Part shown: positions 1 to 9,728 of the stretch, piece by piece
Layout of the letters: each line of letters opens with the position of its first letter
How positions within the stretch are numbered: position 1 is the first letter of the stretch
DNA from: a virus
Taxonomy: Duplodnaviria > Caudoviricetes
DNA: 42,110 nucleotides
Reading direction: 5' to 3' (one strand)
IMG/VR virus record: IMGVR_UViG_3300025018_000253
Coordinates: 1 to 42,110 of that record
Translations under genes and position numbers: made by a program
The notes under the pieces: generated by a model
The model's input: only the letters and a program-made list of their open reading frames with translations
What the model was told of the DNA's origin: nothing
The model's database searches: none

Positions 1-325
1 TTACAATCTTTCTAGCTACGCTCAAACACAAATCAAAACATTCTGAACCATCAACTAAATCTACCAGCTCTCGATAAATTGCTAGAATCTTTCTATCTTT
101 CGCGTTTAACTCTTCTCCAAACTCTTCTCCAAACTCTTCCTTATCCGCTGCAATACCTAAACAATTCATCCCACCATTTAACTGCATCGCGACTGCTAAC
201 AGCTCAACCTTAGCAATTTCTTTTTTCTGTCTGTCTAAAAGACTATCAACTAAACTCTCCATTTTCTTCAGTTCCTTACTTGCTGCGAATAAACTACCAT
301 TAAACCCACAAACTAAACTATTCAT
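1..325 (-). CDS. Early hypothetical protein, 5' part (114 aa in total if it continues across the window junction to 42091); not in the ORF track
   Basis: ATG at 325-323 preceded by a GGAG Shine-Dalgarno and a sigma70-like promoter. The frame is open from MNSLVCGFNGSLFAASKELKK to SVARKIV at base 1. Confidence 0.8.
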   Translation of the reverse strand, partial: MNSLVCGFNGSLFAASKELKKMESLVDSLLDRQKKEIAKVELLAVAMQLNGGMNCLGIAADKEEFGEEFGEELNAKDRKILAIYRELVDLVDGSECFDLCLSVARKIV

Positions 326-377
326 TTCCGTAATCTCCAATCTTTCCAGTTAAAAGCGAATCTCTTAACTTGCCGTC

Positions 378-406
378 ATTATCTCAAATTCCTATCTTGT
401 TTGCAA
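378..406 (-). promoter_or_regulatory. Sigma70-type early promoter
   Basis: Minus strand reads TTGCAA, 17 nt, GATAAT, with an extended -10 TG, about 50 nt upstream of the ORF at 325. Confidence 0.65.
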
Positions 407-474
407 CTTATCATCTAACTAATTTTATGTCATCTAAATAACTACTATCTTTTACACTTTCTAGCTAACTACTC

Positions 475-827
475 TAAAATGATTCCTTCCTACTAGGGTG
501 TATATCCCTATCTAGGAGGGTGTATCTTATTTTTAACATGTATCTACCTATCTCCTACCGTATAGGTGTATAGCGGGTGTATAGCAGGTGTATAGCTGCG
601 CTTATCCATCTACCCGCCCAACCTATCCTACCTAGCAAGCGCTTGGTTGGTGGTAGAGGGGTAGGAGCCTTTTTAGGTGGCTGCGACGGTGGGTATCCTA
701 AGAAGCTTGTAAAATATTCCTAAATTTTTTGAAGTAGTTACTACCTAGGCAGCTACTGTAGATAACTATAAGGTAGCTCCTATAGAAGGCAGTAGATAGG
801 TAAAAGAAGGTAAAATGATTCCTTCCT
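475..827 (+). repeat. 17-bp exact direct repeat TAAAATGATTCCTTCCT (475-491 and 811-827)
   Basis: Read directly from the sequence. Confidence 0.9.
564..596 (+). repeat. Three tandem 11-bp repeats RGGTGTATAGC
   Basis: aggtgtatagc gggtgtatagc aggtgtatagc; related GGGTGTAT copies at ~496 and ~518. Confidence 0.9.
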
Positions 828-855
828 TTATATCTAACAACTATACATATAGTAT
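815..855 (+). promoter_or_regulatory. Putative late promoter, ATGATTCC-N27-TAGTAT
   Basis: The same two motifs with the same spacing recur at 17741-17781; this copy lies upstream of the packaging operon. Confidence 0.5.
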
Positions 856-907
856 GTCTATTAATTACTAATTATCTGGAACAGCAGGAAAATGGAGGGG
901 GAATGCC

Positions 908-1528
908 ATGAATCAAGAAGCTTTGCTAGCTAGTTTAGGTGCAGCTATCCCGCCTGCGCTGGCTGTAGAATCTAGTAATACTCCATCTAATCATTACTCT
1001 ACTGGAGTCACTAGCTCTATAGAAGAGCGCGCGGTTTCCTTACTAGGTTCTGGTATTAACGCTGAATCTGTCGCCTCTGCATTAGGTGTTACCCCTGCAA
1101 GAATATCTCAGCTGCTGGCTGAAAAGCATATAGCTGACAGAGTCTCTGCATTACGCTACACTAACTTACAGGCGCATAATAAGAGAGATGGCGAATACGA
1201 TAACTTAGAAGACCTACTACTGGTGAAGCTTAAAAAGTCTATGCCTTTAATGGTGCGGCCGGATCAGATCTTAAAAGCTATTCAAGTAGTAAACGGTGCG
1301 AAGAGACGCGGCCAAACTGCACCAGATACTTCCACTACAACTAATAATGTAGTAAACTTAATGCTACCAGAAGTGATAGCAGCTAAGTTTATTACCAATA
1401 TGAATAATCAAGTAACTAAAGCTGGCGAACAGGAGCTGCTAACTATGCCTTCAGGAAACCTACTTAAGCAAGTAGAGAAGGCGCAGGAAACTAGAGGTAT
1501 CACCCATGAACAAAGAGAAGATAACTAA
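908..1528 (+). CDS. terS: Terminase small subunit (HTH protein), putative
   Basis: HTH-like segment AESVASALGVTPARISQLL; first gene upstream of terL; GGAGG Shine-Dalgarno. Confidence 0.6.
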   Translation: MNQEALLASLGAAIPPALAVESSNTPSNHYSTGVTSSIEERAVSLLGSGINAESVASALGVTPARISQLLAEKHIADRVSALRYTNLQAHNKRDGEYDNLEDLLLVKLKKSMPLMVRPDQILKAIQVVNGAKRRGQTAPDTSTTTNNVVNLMLPEVIAAKFITNMNNQVTKAGEQELLTMPSGNLLKQVEKAQETRGITHEQREDN

Positions 1529-1754
1529 AACCTCAGTACCTTCCATACCCTCTAAAACTAAGGAAGAGTTAGCGGCTATTATCGCTAGACTTAAAAACAA
1601 TAAGCTAAAATCCGCCATAGTGCATTTACCTGACAGCTATAATGTAGCAGACGTAGTAAACGCTAGAAATGTACTTAATAGACTTGTAAGTAAAGCAGGT
1701 AAAGAGCTGGAAATAAAATCTATTAAGTTAGCTCCTAGGAGAAGCTGTGAGTAA
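1506..1754 (+). CDS. Small basic hypothetical protein
   Basis: Overlaps the terS stop and the terL start; GAGG Shine-Dalgarno. Confidence 0.7.
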   Translation: MNKEKITKTSVPSIPSKTKEELAAIIARLKNNKLKSAIVHLPDSYNVADVVNARNVLNRLVSKAGKELEIKSIKLAPRRSCE

Positions 1755-3435
1755 TAAGAAGTCAGGAGGTAAGGCAGCTTCGCCTCAATCTATCTTAGAA
1801 TCTTTAGGAGGTGTATCTGATGGAAATACTTCTAGCTCTTCTAGATCTGTTAGTCCTTATAGCAATGGGCGGGATCTCCCTGATAGCTTTGTGGAGCGTT
1901 CTGCTGCTCCTAAGCCTAATCTGGATGTTTCTGAATTAGAGCGGCCCACCGAAGCTGCGGATGATGTACAGCAGTATGGTATATCTAGCGATGAAATACA
2001 AGGACTAGCTAAGCAGGATCTCGACTTCTTAGCTGCGCTACTGATGCCCTCGGTATTTAAATATGCTTTCCCCCCTGTATTTAAGCACGGTGTATGGCAG
2101 TGGCTGCTAGGGTTCATACACCAGATAAGAACATTTCCACAGCTTGCCTTAGGTTTACCTCGCGGCTTCGGTAAGTCTACACTGATGAAAATCTTTCTTA
2201 TCTACTGTATTCTATATACTAATAAGAAATTCATTCTTGTAGTAGCAGCTACAGCTAAGTTAGCAGAGAACATTCTATCTGATGTGATAGATATGCTAGA
2301 AGAACCTAATGTTAAGAATGTATATGGTGACTGGAAACTAGGCGTAGAGAAAGATACGCAGGCACTTAAGAAGTTCGGTTATAGAGGCAGGAATATAACT
2401 CTTGCAGCAGCTGGCGCTGAGACTTCTGTTCGCGGGCTTAATATTAAGAATGAGCGCCCTGATGTAATATTAATGGATGACATTCAATCAAGAGATTGTG
2501 CTGATTCAGAAGTGCAGTCAGCTTCTCTTGAAACATGGATGGTAGGTACACTGATGAAGGCTAAGTCTCCTTCCGGCTGTATGTTCTTATTCGTAGCTAA
2601 CATGTACCCTACAAAGCATTCTATTCTCCGCAAGCTTAAGAATAACCCTAGCTGGGTTAAGTTTATAGCTGGCGGTATTCTTGCAAACGGTACTTCTCTC
2701 TGGGAAGAGCTGCAGCCGATAGCTCAACTAACAGCAGAATTTGAAAACGATTTAGCTATGGGTCACCCTGAGATCTTTTACTCAGAAGTCCTAAATGATG
2801 AGAATACTTCAGCTAATAACCTAATAGATCTCTCTAAATTACCTCCTGTACCTTATGAGAAAGGAGATATACCTGGAGGTAATTTCATTATTATCGACCC
2901 AGCTACTGATAAGATAAACTCAGATGAAGTATCTATAGGCTATTTTGAAGTTCATGATGCTACGCCTATCTTAATGGAGCTAGAAGAAGGTAGATTCTCT
3001 CCTGGAGAGACTATCAGGAAAGCTATTACATTCGCCCTTACTAAGAACTGTAGACTGATAGCTGTAGAGGCTAATGCTTACCAGTACTCTCTCTTATACT
3101 GGTTCGAGTTTATCTGCAATCAGATGGGTATAATAGGTATAGAAGCTGTACCTGTATATTCAGGAACTAAAGCTAAAAACGCTAGAATTTTAGAGATGTT
3201 CAAAGGATATGCTGCTGGCGAGATGTATGCAATAGACGAAGCTAAGCTGTCTCTGCATCTTCAGATTATAGGCTTCAATCCACTAAAGCGAGATAACACT
3301 GACGGTATTCTAGATCTTATGACTTACGCACCGAAAGTAATACAGGAGTTTGGTGAGTATATCATAACAGGTAATATCATAGAATCCCAAGAATACGATG
3401 CACTGGAAGTACAAGAATTTAACTCTTATTTCTAG
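1747..3435 (+). CDS. terL: Terminase large subunit
   Basis: Walker A PRGFGKST, Walker B VILMDD, RNase H-like nuclease motifs IIIDPA, VEAN, DGILD; directly upstream of the portal. Confidence 0.93.
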   Translation: MSNKKSGGKAASPQSILESLGGVSDGNTSSSSRSVSPYSNGRDLPDSFVERSAAPKPNLDVSELERPTEAADDVQQYGISSDEIQGLAKQDLDFLAALLMPSVFKYAFPPVFKHGVWQWLLGFIHQIRTFPQLALGLPRGFGKSTLMKIFLIYCILYTNKKFILVVAATAKLAENILSDVIDMLEEPNVKNVYGDWKLGVEKDTQALKKFGYRGRNITLAAAGAETSVRGLNIKNERPDVILMDDIQSRDCADSEVQSASLETWMVGTLMKAKSPSGCMFLFVANMYPTKHSILRKLKNNPSWVKFIAGGILANGTSLWEELQPIAQLTAEFENDLAMGHPEIFYSEVLNDENTSANNLIDLSKLPPVPYEKGDIPGGNFIIIDPATDKINSDEVSIGYFEVHDATPILMELEEGRFSPGETIRKAITFALTKNCRLIAVEANAYQYSLLYWFEFICNQMGIIGIEAVPVYSGTKAKNARILEMFKGYAAGEMYAIDEAKLSLHLQIIGFNPLKRDNTDGILDLMTYAPKVIQEFGEYIITGNIIESQEYDALEVQEFNSYF

Positions 3436-3472
3436 TCTGAATCTGAATCTAATTTAATAACAGGTACCTCAA

Positions 3473-5497
3473 ATGGCAGCTTCAACTGTAGTCCCTCTGA
3501 CTAAGAAATCACAAGAAGCTTTTATAGCTTACTACGAAAGTATCCAGTTTACTAATAACCACACTCGTAATGACGCTAGATCTAGATACCTAGCAATAGA
3601 TAGAACTTATCAGCGCGAAGTGGACGAATCCATTGAGCAAGCTAGAGCAAAAGCAGCTAACAAGGAAGGCGACCCTTCTAAGTTTCAGAACATGACAGTG
3701 CCCGTAGTTATGCCTCAGGTAGAGACAGCTGTTACTTATCAAACATCTGTATACCTAACAGGTCATCCGCTATTCGGAGTAGTAGCCGCACCTGAATATA
3801 TGGATGAAGCTGTACAGCTGGAAACTATCTTAGAGAATGAATCTATTAAAGGTGGCTGGACTCGTGAATTAATGATGTCATTCAGAGATGGATTTAAGTA
3901 TAACTTTGCTCCTTTAGAAGTAGCTTGGGCGCAGGAAGTCTCTTATACTGTAGAAACTAATCTGAAAGCTAACTTAAAAGAAGGTCAACCTAAGGAAGTT
4001 ATCTGGAGCGGTAATACTATTAAGCGCTTAGATCCTTATAATACATTTGTAGATATGAGGGTACTGCCTACAGAGGTATATAAGAAAGGCGAGTTTGCAG
4101 GTTACACAGAGATATTATCCCGAATCCAGTTAAAGGAGTTAATAGCTTCTTTGCCTGGAGTTATGGTTTCTAACATAGTGCCTGCATTTAATTCTAACTC
4201 TAATATTACTGCTTCTACAGATACTGGCGCGCAGAACTATTATATACCTCCTATTAATCCTAATCTAAATCCTACAGATATAATGACTGCGGAGGGTGTA
4301 GATTGGCTTAAGTGGGCAGGGCTATCCACCACTACTAAGAATAAATCTATTGACTACAAGAACTCATACGAGGTAACTACCTTATACTGTAAAATACTTC
4401 CAGCTGAGTTTGATTTGCGCGTATCCAATTCTAACACTCCTCAGATATACAAGCTAAAGATTGTTAATCACAGCATTATAATCTATGCGGAGCTACAGAC
4501 TAACGCGCATAACTATCTACCTATCTTAATAGGTCAGCCTTTGGAAGATGGTTTAGGATACCAAACTAAATCTTTAGCTACTAATGGTACGCCTTTCCAA
4601 GAACTAGCTAGTTCTTATATGAACTCTATTATAGCTAGTCGCCGCAGAGCTATTAGCGATAGGGTTATATTCGACCCTTCCAGAATAACTAATGCAGCTA
4701 TTAACTCTTCTAACCCGTCTGCTAAGATCCCTGTACGCCCTGCTGCCTACGGTAAGAATGTATCAGAGGCTGTGTATGCGTTCCCTTATAGGGAAGACCA
4801 AGCTGCAGGGTCTATGCAGCAGATACAAGCCATCTTAGGTTTATCTAACCAGCTATCTGGACAGAACCAAGCATCTCAGGGACAGTTTGTTAAAGGTAAT
4901 AAGACCTTACAAGAATTCGATTCAGTTATGAATAATGCTAATGGTCGCGACCAGATGGCTTCTATTCTTCTTGAATCGCAGCTGTTCACTCCTCTTAAAC
5001 GTATACTTAAGATTAATATCTTACAATACGTAGGAGGTGACAGTATCTATAATCGAGATGCTAATAGGGTAGTAGAGATAGATCCTATAGCTCTTAGAAA
5101 AGCTGTCTTAGATTTCCAGATATCAGACGGCTTAACTCCTGCTGCTAAGCTCATTAACGCTGACTCGTTCGCTGTAGCTTTACAGGTATTCGGATCCTCT
5201 CCACAGATAGCTTCTGAATATAACGTAGGGCAAGTATTCAGTTATCTAATGAAAACACAAGGAGCTAAACTATCTGCCTTTGAGAAGTCTCCGCAGCAAG
5301 TAGCTTATGAACAAGCAGTAGCAAGCTGGCAGCAGATAGCTATGACAGCGATAGATAAAGGAGTAGATATATCTCAGCTGCCTCCACAGCCTTTACCTGA
5401 GCAGTATGGATATAACCCTGAGCAGAATAAACCTGCACCTCAGGAAGCTACTACAGGACAGCAACCCAGCGCCGCTGATTCACAACAACCTATCTAA
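3473..5497 (+). CDS. Portal protein
   Basis: 674 aa directly after terL; RLDPYNTFVD and GQFVKGNKTLQE segments like podovirus portals; Q/P-rich C-terminus. Confidence 0.85.
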   Translation: MAASTVVPLTKKSQEAFIAYYESIQFTNNHTRNDARSRYLAIDRTYQREVDESIEQARAKAANKEGDPSKFQNMTVPVVMPQVETAVTYQTSVYLTGHPLFGVVAAPEYMDEAVQLETILENESIKGGWTRELMMSFRDGFKYNFAPLEVAWAQEVSYTVETNLKANLKEGQPKEVIWSGNTIKRLDPYNTFVDMRVLPTEVYKKGEFAGYTEILSRIQLKELIASLPGVMVSNIVPAFNSNSNITASTDTGAQNYYIPPINPNLNPTDIMTAEGVDWLKWAGLSTTTKNKSIDYKNSYEVTTLYCKILPAEFDLRVSNSNTPQIYKLKIVNHSIIIYAELQTNAHNYLPILIGQPLEDGLGYQTKSLATNGTPFQELASSYMNSIIASRRRAISDRVIFDPSRITNAAINSSNPSAKIPVRPAAYGKNVSEAVYAFPYREDQAAGSMQQIQAILGLSNQLSGQNQASQGQFVKGNKTLQEFDSVMNNANGRDQMASILLESQLFTPLKRILKINILQYVGGDSIYNRDANRVVEIDPIALRKAVLDFQISDGLTPAAKLINADSFAVALQVFGSSPQIASEYNVGQVFSYLMKTQGAKLSAFEKSPQQVAYEQAVASWQQIAMTAIDKGVDISQLPPQPLPEQYGYNPEQNKPAPQEATTGQQPSAADSQQPI

Positions 5498-5506
5498 GGA
5501 GCTATT

Positions 5507-5770
5507 ATGGCACAGTTAATAACTAATACTTTTACAGCTTGGGAGCTGACTGAAGAAGAAGAGCACCAAGGAGCTATGTTTACTATAACTCAGATTCAGG
5601 CGCTGCAGAATCAGTTAGCTATGTGCGCTGAAGAGAAGCTAGCTTTAGAGTTTGATCCTCTTCATCCTGAGTTATATGCTCAAGCAGAAGCATTTAAGAG
5701 AGGGCAGATATCTATACTGCAATATCTTATAGATACCTCTCACGCATTACAATCACAACCAGAAGATTAG
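5507..5770 (+). CDS. Small head-module protein
   Basis: AAGGAG Shine-Dalgarno; lies between portal and scaffold. Confidence 0.75.
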   Translation: MAQLITNTFTAWELTEEEEHQGAMFTITQIQALQNQLAMCAEEKLALEFDPLHPELYAQAEAFKRGQISILQYLIDTSHALQSQPED

Positions 5771-5823
5771 TAATACCCACCAACCCACTAAACCAACCCA
5801 TTAAACCAAAAAGAGATCTTACT

Positions 5824-6576
5824 ATGAGTATATTCGACATGTTTAAACCTGCTGCCCCTCAACCAACTCCTCAGGCACAAGGACAAGGACAGCAACAGCA
5901 GCCAGCAACTCCCGGCAATATACCTGATCAGCCTATATCACCTATACAATCTGGCCCTGCCGCAGCTCCTAACGGTGTAGTTCCTGCTGGATCTAACGCT
6001 GCTGCACCGAAAGACGATTCCCCTCTAGCTCAGTTTAGTTCCTTATGGGAGACTAAACCTAATGAGGTTTCAAACTTAAATCCAGCTAAGCCTCTGGACG
6101 CTGCTGCTTTATCTCAGGTAATGGCTAAAGCAGACTTCTCTAAGGCAGTAACTCCTGATATGCTAGCAGCAATAACTGCTGGCGGTGAAGGTGCAGGTAC
6201 AGCTTTTACCCAAGCTATGAACTTAGTAGTGCAGCAAGCAATGGTGCAAGCGACTCTTATTAATGAGCAGCTGACTGCAAAAGCTGTACAGAATGCGATA
6301 GCTGCTACTGAAGCTAAGATACCATCTTTAGTAAGAGATCAATCATCCGCAGCATTCCTGCAAGATTCTAATCCGCTATTCTCAAACCCAGCAATTAAAC
6401 CAGTGATTGACGCAACCAGAACGCAGCTAATGAATCAGTTTCCTAGCGATACTCCTTCTCAGATAGCTCAAAAACTTAATAACTATGTACAGGCGATGGG
6501 AGAAGCTTTTAATCCGGCAGCTCCGCCACCTGTTACACCTGATCAAGTTGACTGGAATAAGTTCCTGCGGTCTTAA
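5824..6576 (+). CDS. Capsid scaffolding protein, putative
   Basis: P/Q/A-rich disordered N-terminus, helical body, position upstream of the capsid gene. Confidence 0.65.
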   Translation: MSIFDMFKPAAPQPTPQAQGQGQQQQPATPGNIPDQPISPIQSGPAAAPNGVVPAGSNAAAPKDDSPLAQFSSLWETKPNEVSNLNPAKPLDAAALSQVMAKADFSKAVTPDMLAAITAGGEGAGTAFTQAMNLVVQQAMVQATLINEQLTAKAVQNAIAATEAKIPSLVRDQSSAAFLQDSNPLFSNPAIKPVIDATRTQLMNQFPSDTPSQIAQKLNNYVQAMGEAFNPAAPPPVTPDQVDWNKFLRS

Positions 6577-6620
6577 TCAGGATCTATCTCTTATCTCTCA
6601 TTTAATTACTGGAGGCTCCT

Positions 6621-7043
6621 ATGAGCTTTAAACGTGTACTTGTTAGCGACGCTAGCAGAATCCCTACTCCAATGCGCGCTGGCGATGGCTTGCTGGCTAA
6701 TGTATCTCCTACTAACTTTAATGCAGAAGCTGATGCTACATTAACTACTGCTCAGTTAGGTGGCGGCTATATTGTGCAAGGGCTTACTTTAACTAGTGAT
6801 GTTGTTTATACCTTACCTACAGCTACTCTGATTCAAGCTGAGTCTGGCTACGATTCGATGGATGTAGGCGACGCCTTTACATTCTATGTAGGTAATAACC
6901 AAGCTGCTGCTTTTGATGTAGTTATCGCAGTCGGCGCCGGCATTACTGCTGTAGGTACCAATAACAATCTTACTGTCGGTCCGCAGTCAGGTAAGTTATT
7001 TACTCTTGTGAAGTCTGGTACTAACACTTTCGATCTTTACTAG
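6621..7043 (+). CDS. Capsid decoration/minor head protein, putative
   Basis: Beta-rich T/A/G/V protein with a YTLPTA motif, GGAGG Shine-Dalgarno, immediately before the capsid gene. Confidence 0.6.
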   Translation: MSFKRVLVSDASRIPTPMRAGDGLLANVSPTNFNAEADATLTTAQLGGGYIVQGLTLTSDVVYTLPTATLIQAESGYDSMDVGDAFTFYVGNNQAAAFDVVIAVGAGITAVGTNNNLTVGPQSGKLFTLVKSGTNTFDLY

Positions 7044-7105
7044 CAGATAGTCACATCTCTAACTATCTACCAGTTTAACACCTCTTCTTAATAGGAACTA
7101 TACTT

Positions 7106-8335
7106 ATGACTACTGGAATCTTTAATACTGGTAATTTTACAACTGATCTGGTCGAACCGTCGTTCGCTAAGATGATCACTCGCTTGATGCCTAACGGTTC
7201 AGCTCCTCTGTTCGCACTATCTTCTATGTTACAGTCGGAAACAGCTGTACAGGTTGAGCACGGTTTTTTCACTAAGACCATGATCTTCCCAGAAGCTAAG
7301 ATTAACAACGGTGCAGGTTACGCTGCCGGCGATACTACTTTTACCGTAGATACAACCCTTAACCTTTTACCTGGTATGATCATGCGCATCGAGCGTACAG
7401 GTGAAAACATCATTATTAACAGTGTTAACTCAGCTACCGTTATTAGTGTTAATCGCGCGGTCGGTGTAGTAGCTGCCGCTGCTATTAACGATAACGATGA
7501 TATCTACCAAGTAGGTAACGCTTATGAAGAATCATCTCAGCGACCTAATGCAAATAACATTGTACCTGTGCGAGTTACTAACCTTACTCAGATCTTCCGT
7601 AATACTTGGGCGATCTCAGGCTCAGCTAAAGCCACCAATGTTATTGCTGGTGAATCTACGGATGCGGAAAACCGCCAAGACTGCGCTGCCTTACACGCTG
7701 CTGATATTGAGAAGGCTATCTTCTTTGGCCAGAAGTCGCAAGGTACACGTAATGGCCAACCTTTCCGTACAATGGATGGCCTAATCCAGATTACAGAAAC
7801 AGCTTCTTTCTATCCTCCTGTATACGCAGGTGTAGTTAACAGCTTTACTGCTGCTGCTACTACTAACTGGACTCAGCTGGAAGGTTTCTTGGATCCGGTC
7901 TTTAACCAAGCTACTGATCCTAAGGGAGCACCTGAGCGAGTTCTCTTCTGCGGTGGAGCTGCTAAGAAAGTACTTAATAACATCGGCCGCTTGAACGGTA
8001 CTTACCAGTTATTGGACGGACAAACTAACTTCGGTTTACAGTTCTCTACCTTAACTATTTCTCGAGGTAAGTTCCGTATTATCGAGCACCCTCTCTTTAA
8101 CTCCAACCCAACTTGGTCTAAGATGGCTGTCGGTGTGGATCTTCCTACCTTCCGCCTTGCTTACCTTAACGGCCGTAAGACTTCTAATATGGAGTTTAAC
8201 ACCAAAGGCGACCAAGCGCAGGATAACGGCATTGATGCTGTTGGCGGTACTCTTACTACTGAGTTAACTACAGTAATTAAGAATGCTCCAGCTAACGTTG
8301 TTATTCGTAACCTTACTGCTGCTGCTGTTGGCTAA
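7106..8335 (+). CDS. Major capsid protein (HK97 fold, DUF5309/SU10-like)
   Basis: 409 aa; NLTQIFRNTWAISGS, DIEKAIFFGQ and FRTMDGL motifs; codon usage of a highly expressed gene; followed by a terminator. Confidence 0.88.
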   Translation: MTTGIFNTGNFTTDLVEPSFAKMITRLMPNGSAPLFALSSMLQSETAVQVEHGFFTKTMIFPEAKINNGAGYAAGDTTFTVDTTLNLLPGMIMRIERTGENIIINSVNSATVISVNRAVGVVAAAAINDNDDIYQVGNAYEESSQRPNANNIVPVRVTNLTQIFRNTWAISGSAKATNVIAGESTDAENRQDCAALHAADIEKAIFFGQKSQGTRNGQPFRTMDGLIQITETASFYPPVYAGVVNSFTAAATTNWTQLEGFLDPVFNQATDPKGAPERVLFCGGAAKKVLNNIGRLNGTYQLLDGQTNFGLQFSTLTISRGKFRIIEHPLFNSNPTWSKMAVGVDLPTFRLAYLNGRKTSNMEFNTKGDQAQDNGIDAVGGTLTTELTTVIKNAPANVVIRNLTAAAVG

Positions 8336-8368
8336 ACCCTACTCGCTGCCTGAGGCTTAGTAACCCTC

Positions 8369-8411
8369 CCTAAAAATCCTCGTTATCTTATAGGTAGCGG
8401 GGATTTTTAGG
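8369..8411 (+). terminator. Intrinsic terminator after the capsid gene
   Basis: Stem CCTAAAAATCCTCGTTATC / GGTAGCGGGGATTTTTAGG with G-U pairs and a T-run. Confidence 0.75.
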
Positions 8412-8466
8412 TGTAGATACTACTAAAACCGTTAACTAAAACCAAAATCCGACAGCGAGAATTACT

Positions 8467-8928
8467 ATGACTTCACCAACAGCCACTAGTGTAAACCTTA
8501 CAGCAGCTACAGCTACAGCCCCTGCGAAAGTAGAAATTAAGTATCAGCACTATCACTATGCTAAAGCAGCTACTCAGATGATCACACCTACAGGTAAGAA
8601 GTTTAGCTTTGTTAACTATAAGCTTGTTACCGCAGACCCAGAAATTATTTCTTTCTTAGATGAGCAGATTGCTGCAGGCCTCAATGTAGTAACTAAAGGC
8701 GCGCTCCTTACATCTAAAGAATCTGACCCTATGCGAGCTATTAAAGATGCTGCGATTGAAGAATATAAGAAAGAGCAAGCTGAGCTAGCTATGAACAAAG
8801 CATTAGGTATTAATCCTGACATGGGTAGCACCTCAGCTAAAGGTAAGCCTTTCTCTCCCATGTCTACTACAGAGCTGACTAATGCAGGTGTTAGCTCTAC
8901 TGCTACTGCCGCGACTTCCAGCAAGTAA
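8467..8928 (+). CDS. Hypothetical virion-module protein
   Basis: 153-aa ORF co-oriented with the structural genes, with genome-typical codon usage. Confidence 0.7.
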   Translation: MTSPTATSVNLTAATATAPAKVEIKYQHYHYAKAATQMITPTGKKFSFVNYKLVTADPEIISFLDEQIAAGLNVVTKGALLTSKESDPMRAIKDAAIEEYKKEQAELAMNKALGINPDMGSTSAKGKPFSPMSTTELTNAGVSSTATAATSSK

Positions 8929-8940
8929 TAAGGAATCGAC

Positions 8941-9204
8941 ATGGCTATTAAAGACGAAGATTTTTCTACCTCCGGAACTATAAATCCTGGTGCTTCTGCG
9001 GTAGCAGTAACTCCTGCAGACACGCAGCTAGCTGTCCGCACTCGCGCTGTTTATGTAGGAGGTGCCGGGGACTTGGTAGTCAGAATGGCAGGTAACGACC
9101 AGATAGTTACTTTTTACGGAGTAGCTGCAGGTTCTTTGTTACCTATACGAGTTACTGAAATCAGGCTAGCTACTACCGCATCTAATGTAGTAGCAGTCTG
9201 GTAG
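8941..9204 (+). CDS. Head spike base protein (RcGTA Rcc01079-like)
   Basis: AVTPAD, TRAVYVGGAGDLVV, LLPIRV and TTASNVVAVW match the family pattern as I recall it. Confidence 0.75.
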   Translation: MAIKDEDFSTSGTINPGASAVAVTPADTQLAVRTRAVYVGGAGDLVVRMAGNDQIVTFYGVAAGSLLPIRVTEIRLATTASNVVAVW

Positions 9205-9205
9205 C

Positions 9206-9234
9206 ACCTTACCAACACCTTACCAACACCTTAC
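9206..9234 (+). repeat. 11-bp tandem repeat CACCTTACCAA, about 2.7 copies
   Basis: caccttaccaa caccttaccaa cacctta in the leader of the 9249 gene. Confidence 0.85.
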
Positions 9235-9248
9235 TGAGAGATACCCTC

Positions 9249-9728
9249 ATGTCAGATCAACCGTTTAACATAGCTAAAGGCAGGGTAGTGGAGTTTTACA
9301 ACCGCGTAAAATCCAATGACCCTGCTAACAGCGCCTTCATTGTAGTTTTACTTAAAGTAGCTGAAGCTGACGGCACTTTAATTGGCTATGACGACTTAGG
9401 CGCATTACTAGGAGCTGCTGGTAACACAGAAGCAGACTTCACTAACTACGCGCGGAAAGCTATAACCGATGCAGAATTAGCTGCTTTACCTGCGCCTGAT
9501 GATACCAATAACAGATACGATATTGGTATGCCTGATCAGGTGTATACATCAGCTGGAGGTGCGACTAATAATAGTTTAGTTAAAGCTATTATTTGCTATG
9601 ATGCTGATACTACAGGCGGCACTGATACAGATCTTATTCCTTGTGCTCATTATGATTTTGCTATCATCACTGACGGTAGCAACGTGACATTAGAAATTAA
9701 TGCAGCAGGCTTCTATCGTGCAGCTTAA
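9249..9728 (+). CDS. Putative virion structural protein
   Basis: Acidic beta-rich 159-aa protein (FNIAKGR, YARK, GFYRA) within the head appendage cluster. Confidence 0.65.
   Translation: MSDQPFNIAKGRVVEFYNRVKSNDPANSAFIVVLLKVAEADGTLIGYDDLGALLGAAGNTEADFTNYARKAITDAELAALPAPDDTNNRYDIGMPDQVYTSAGGATNNSLVKAIICYDADTTGGTDTDLIPCAHYDFAIITDGSNVTLEINAAGFYRAA

Noticed and set aside
109-140. 12-bp tandem ACTCTTCTCCAA
   Set aside because: An in-frame coding duplication (EEFGEEFGEEL) within the 1-325 ORF, not a separate element.
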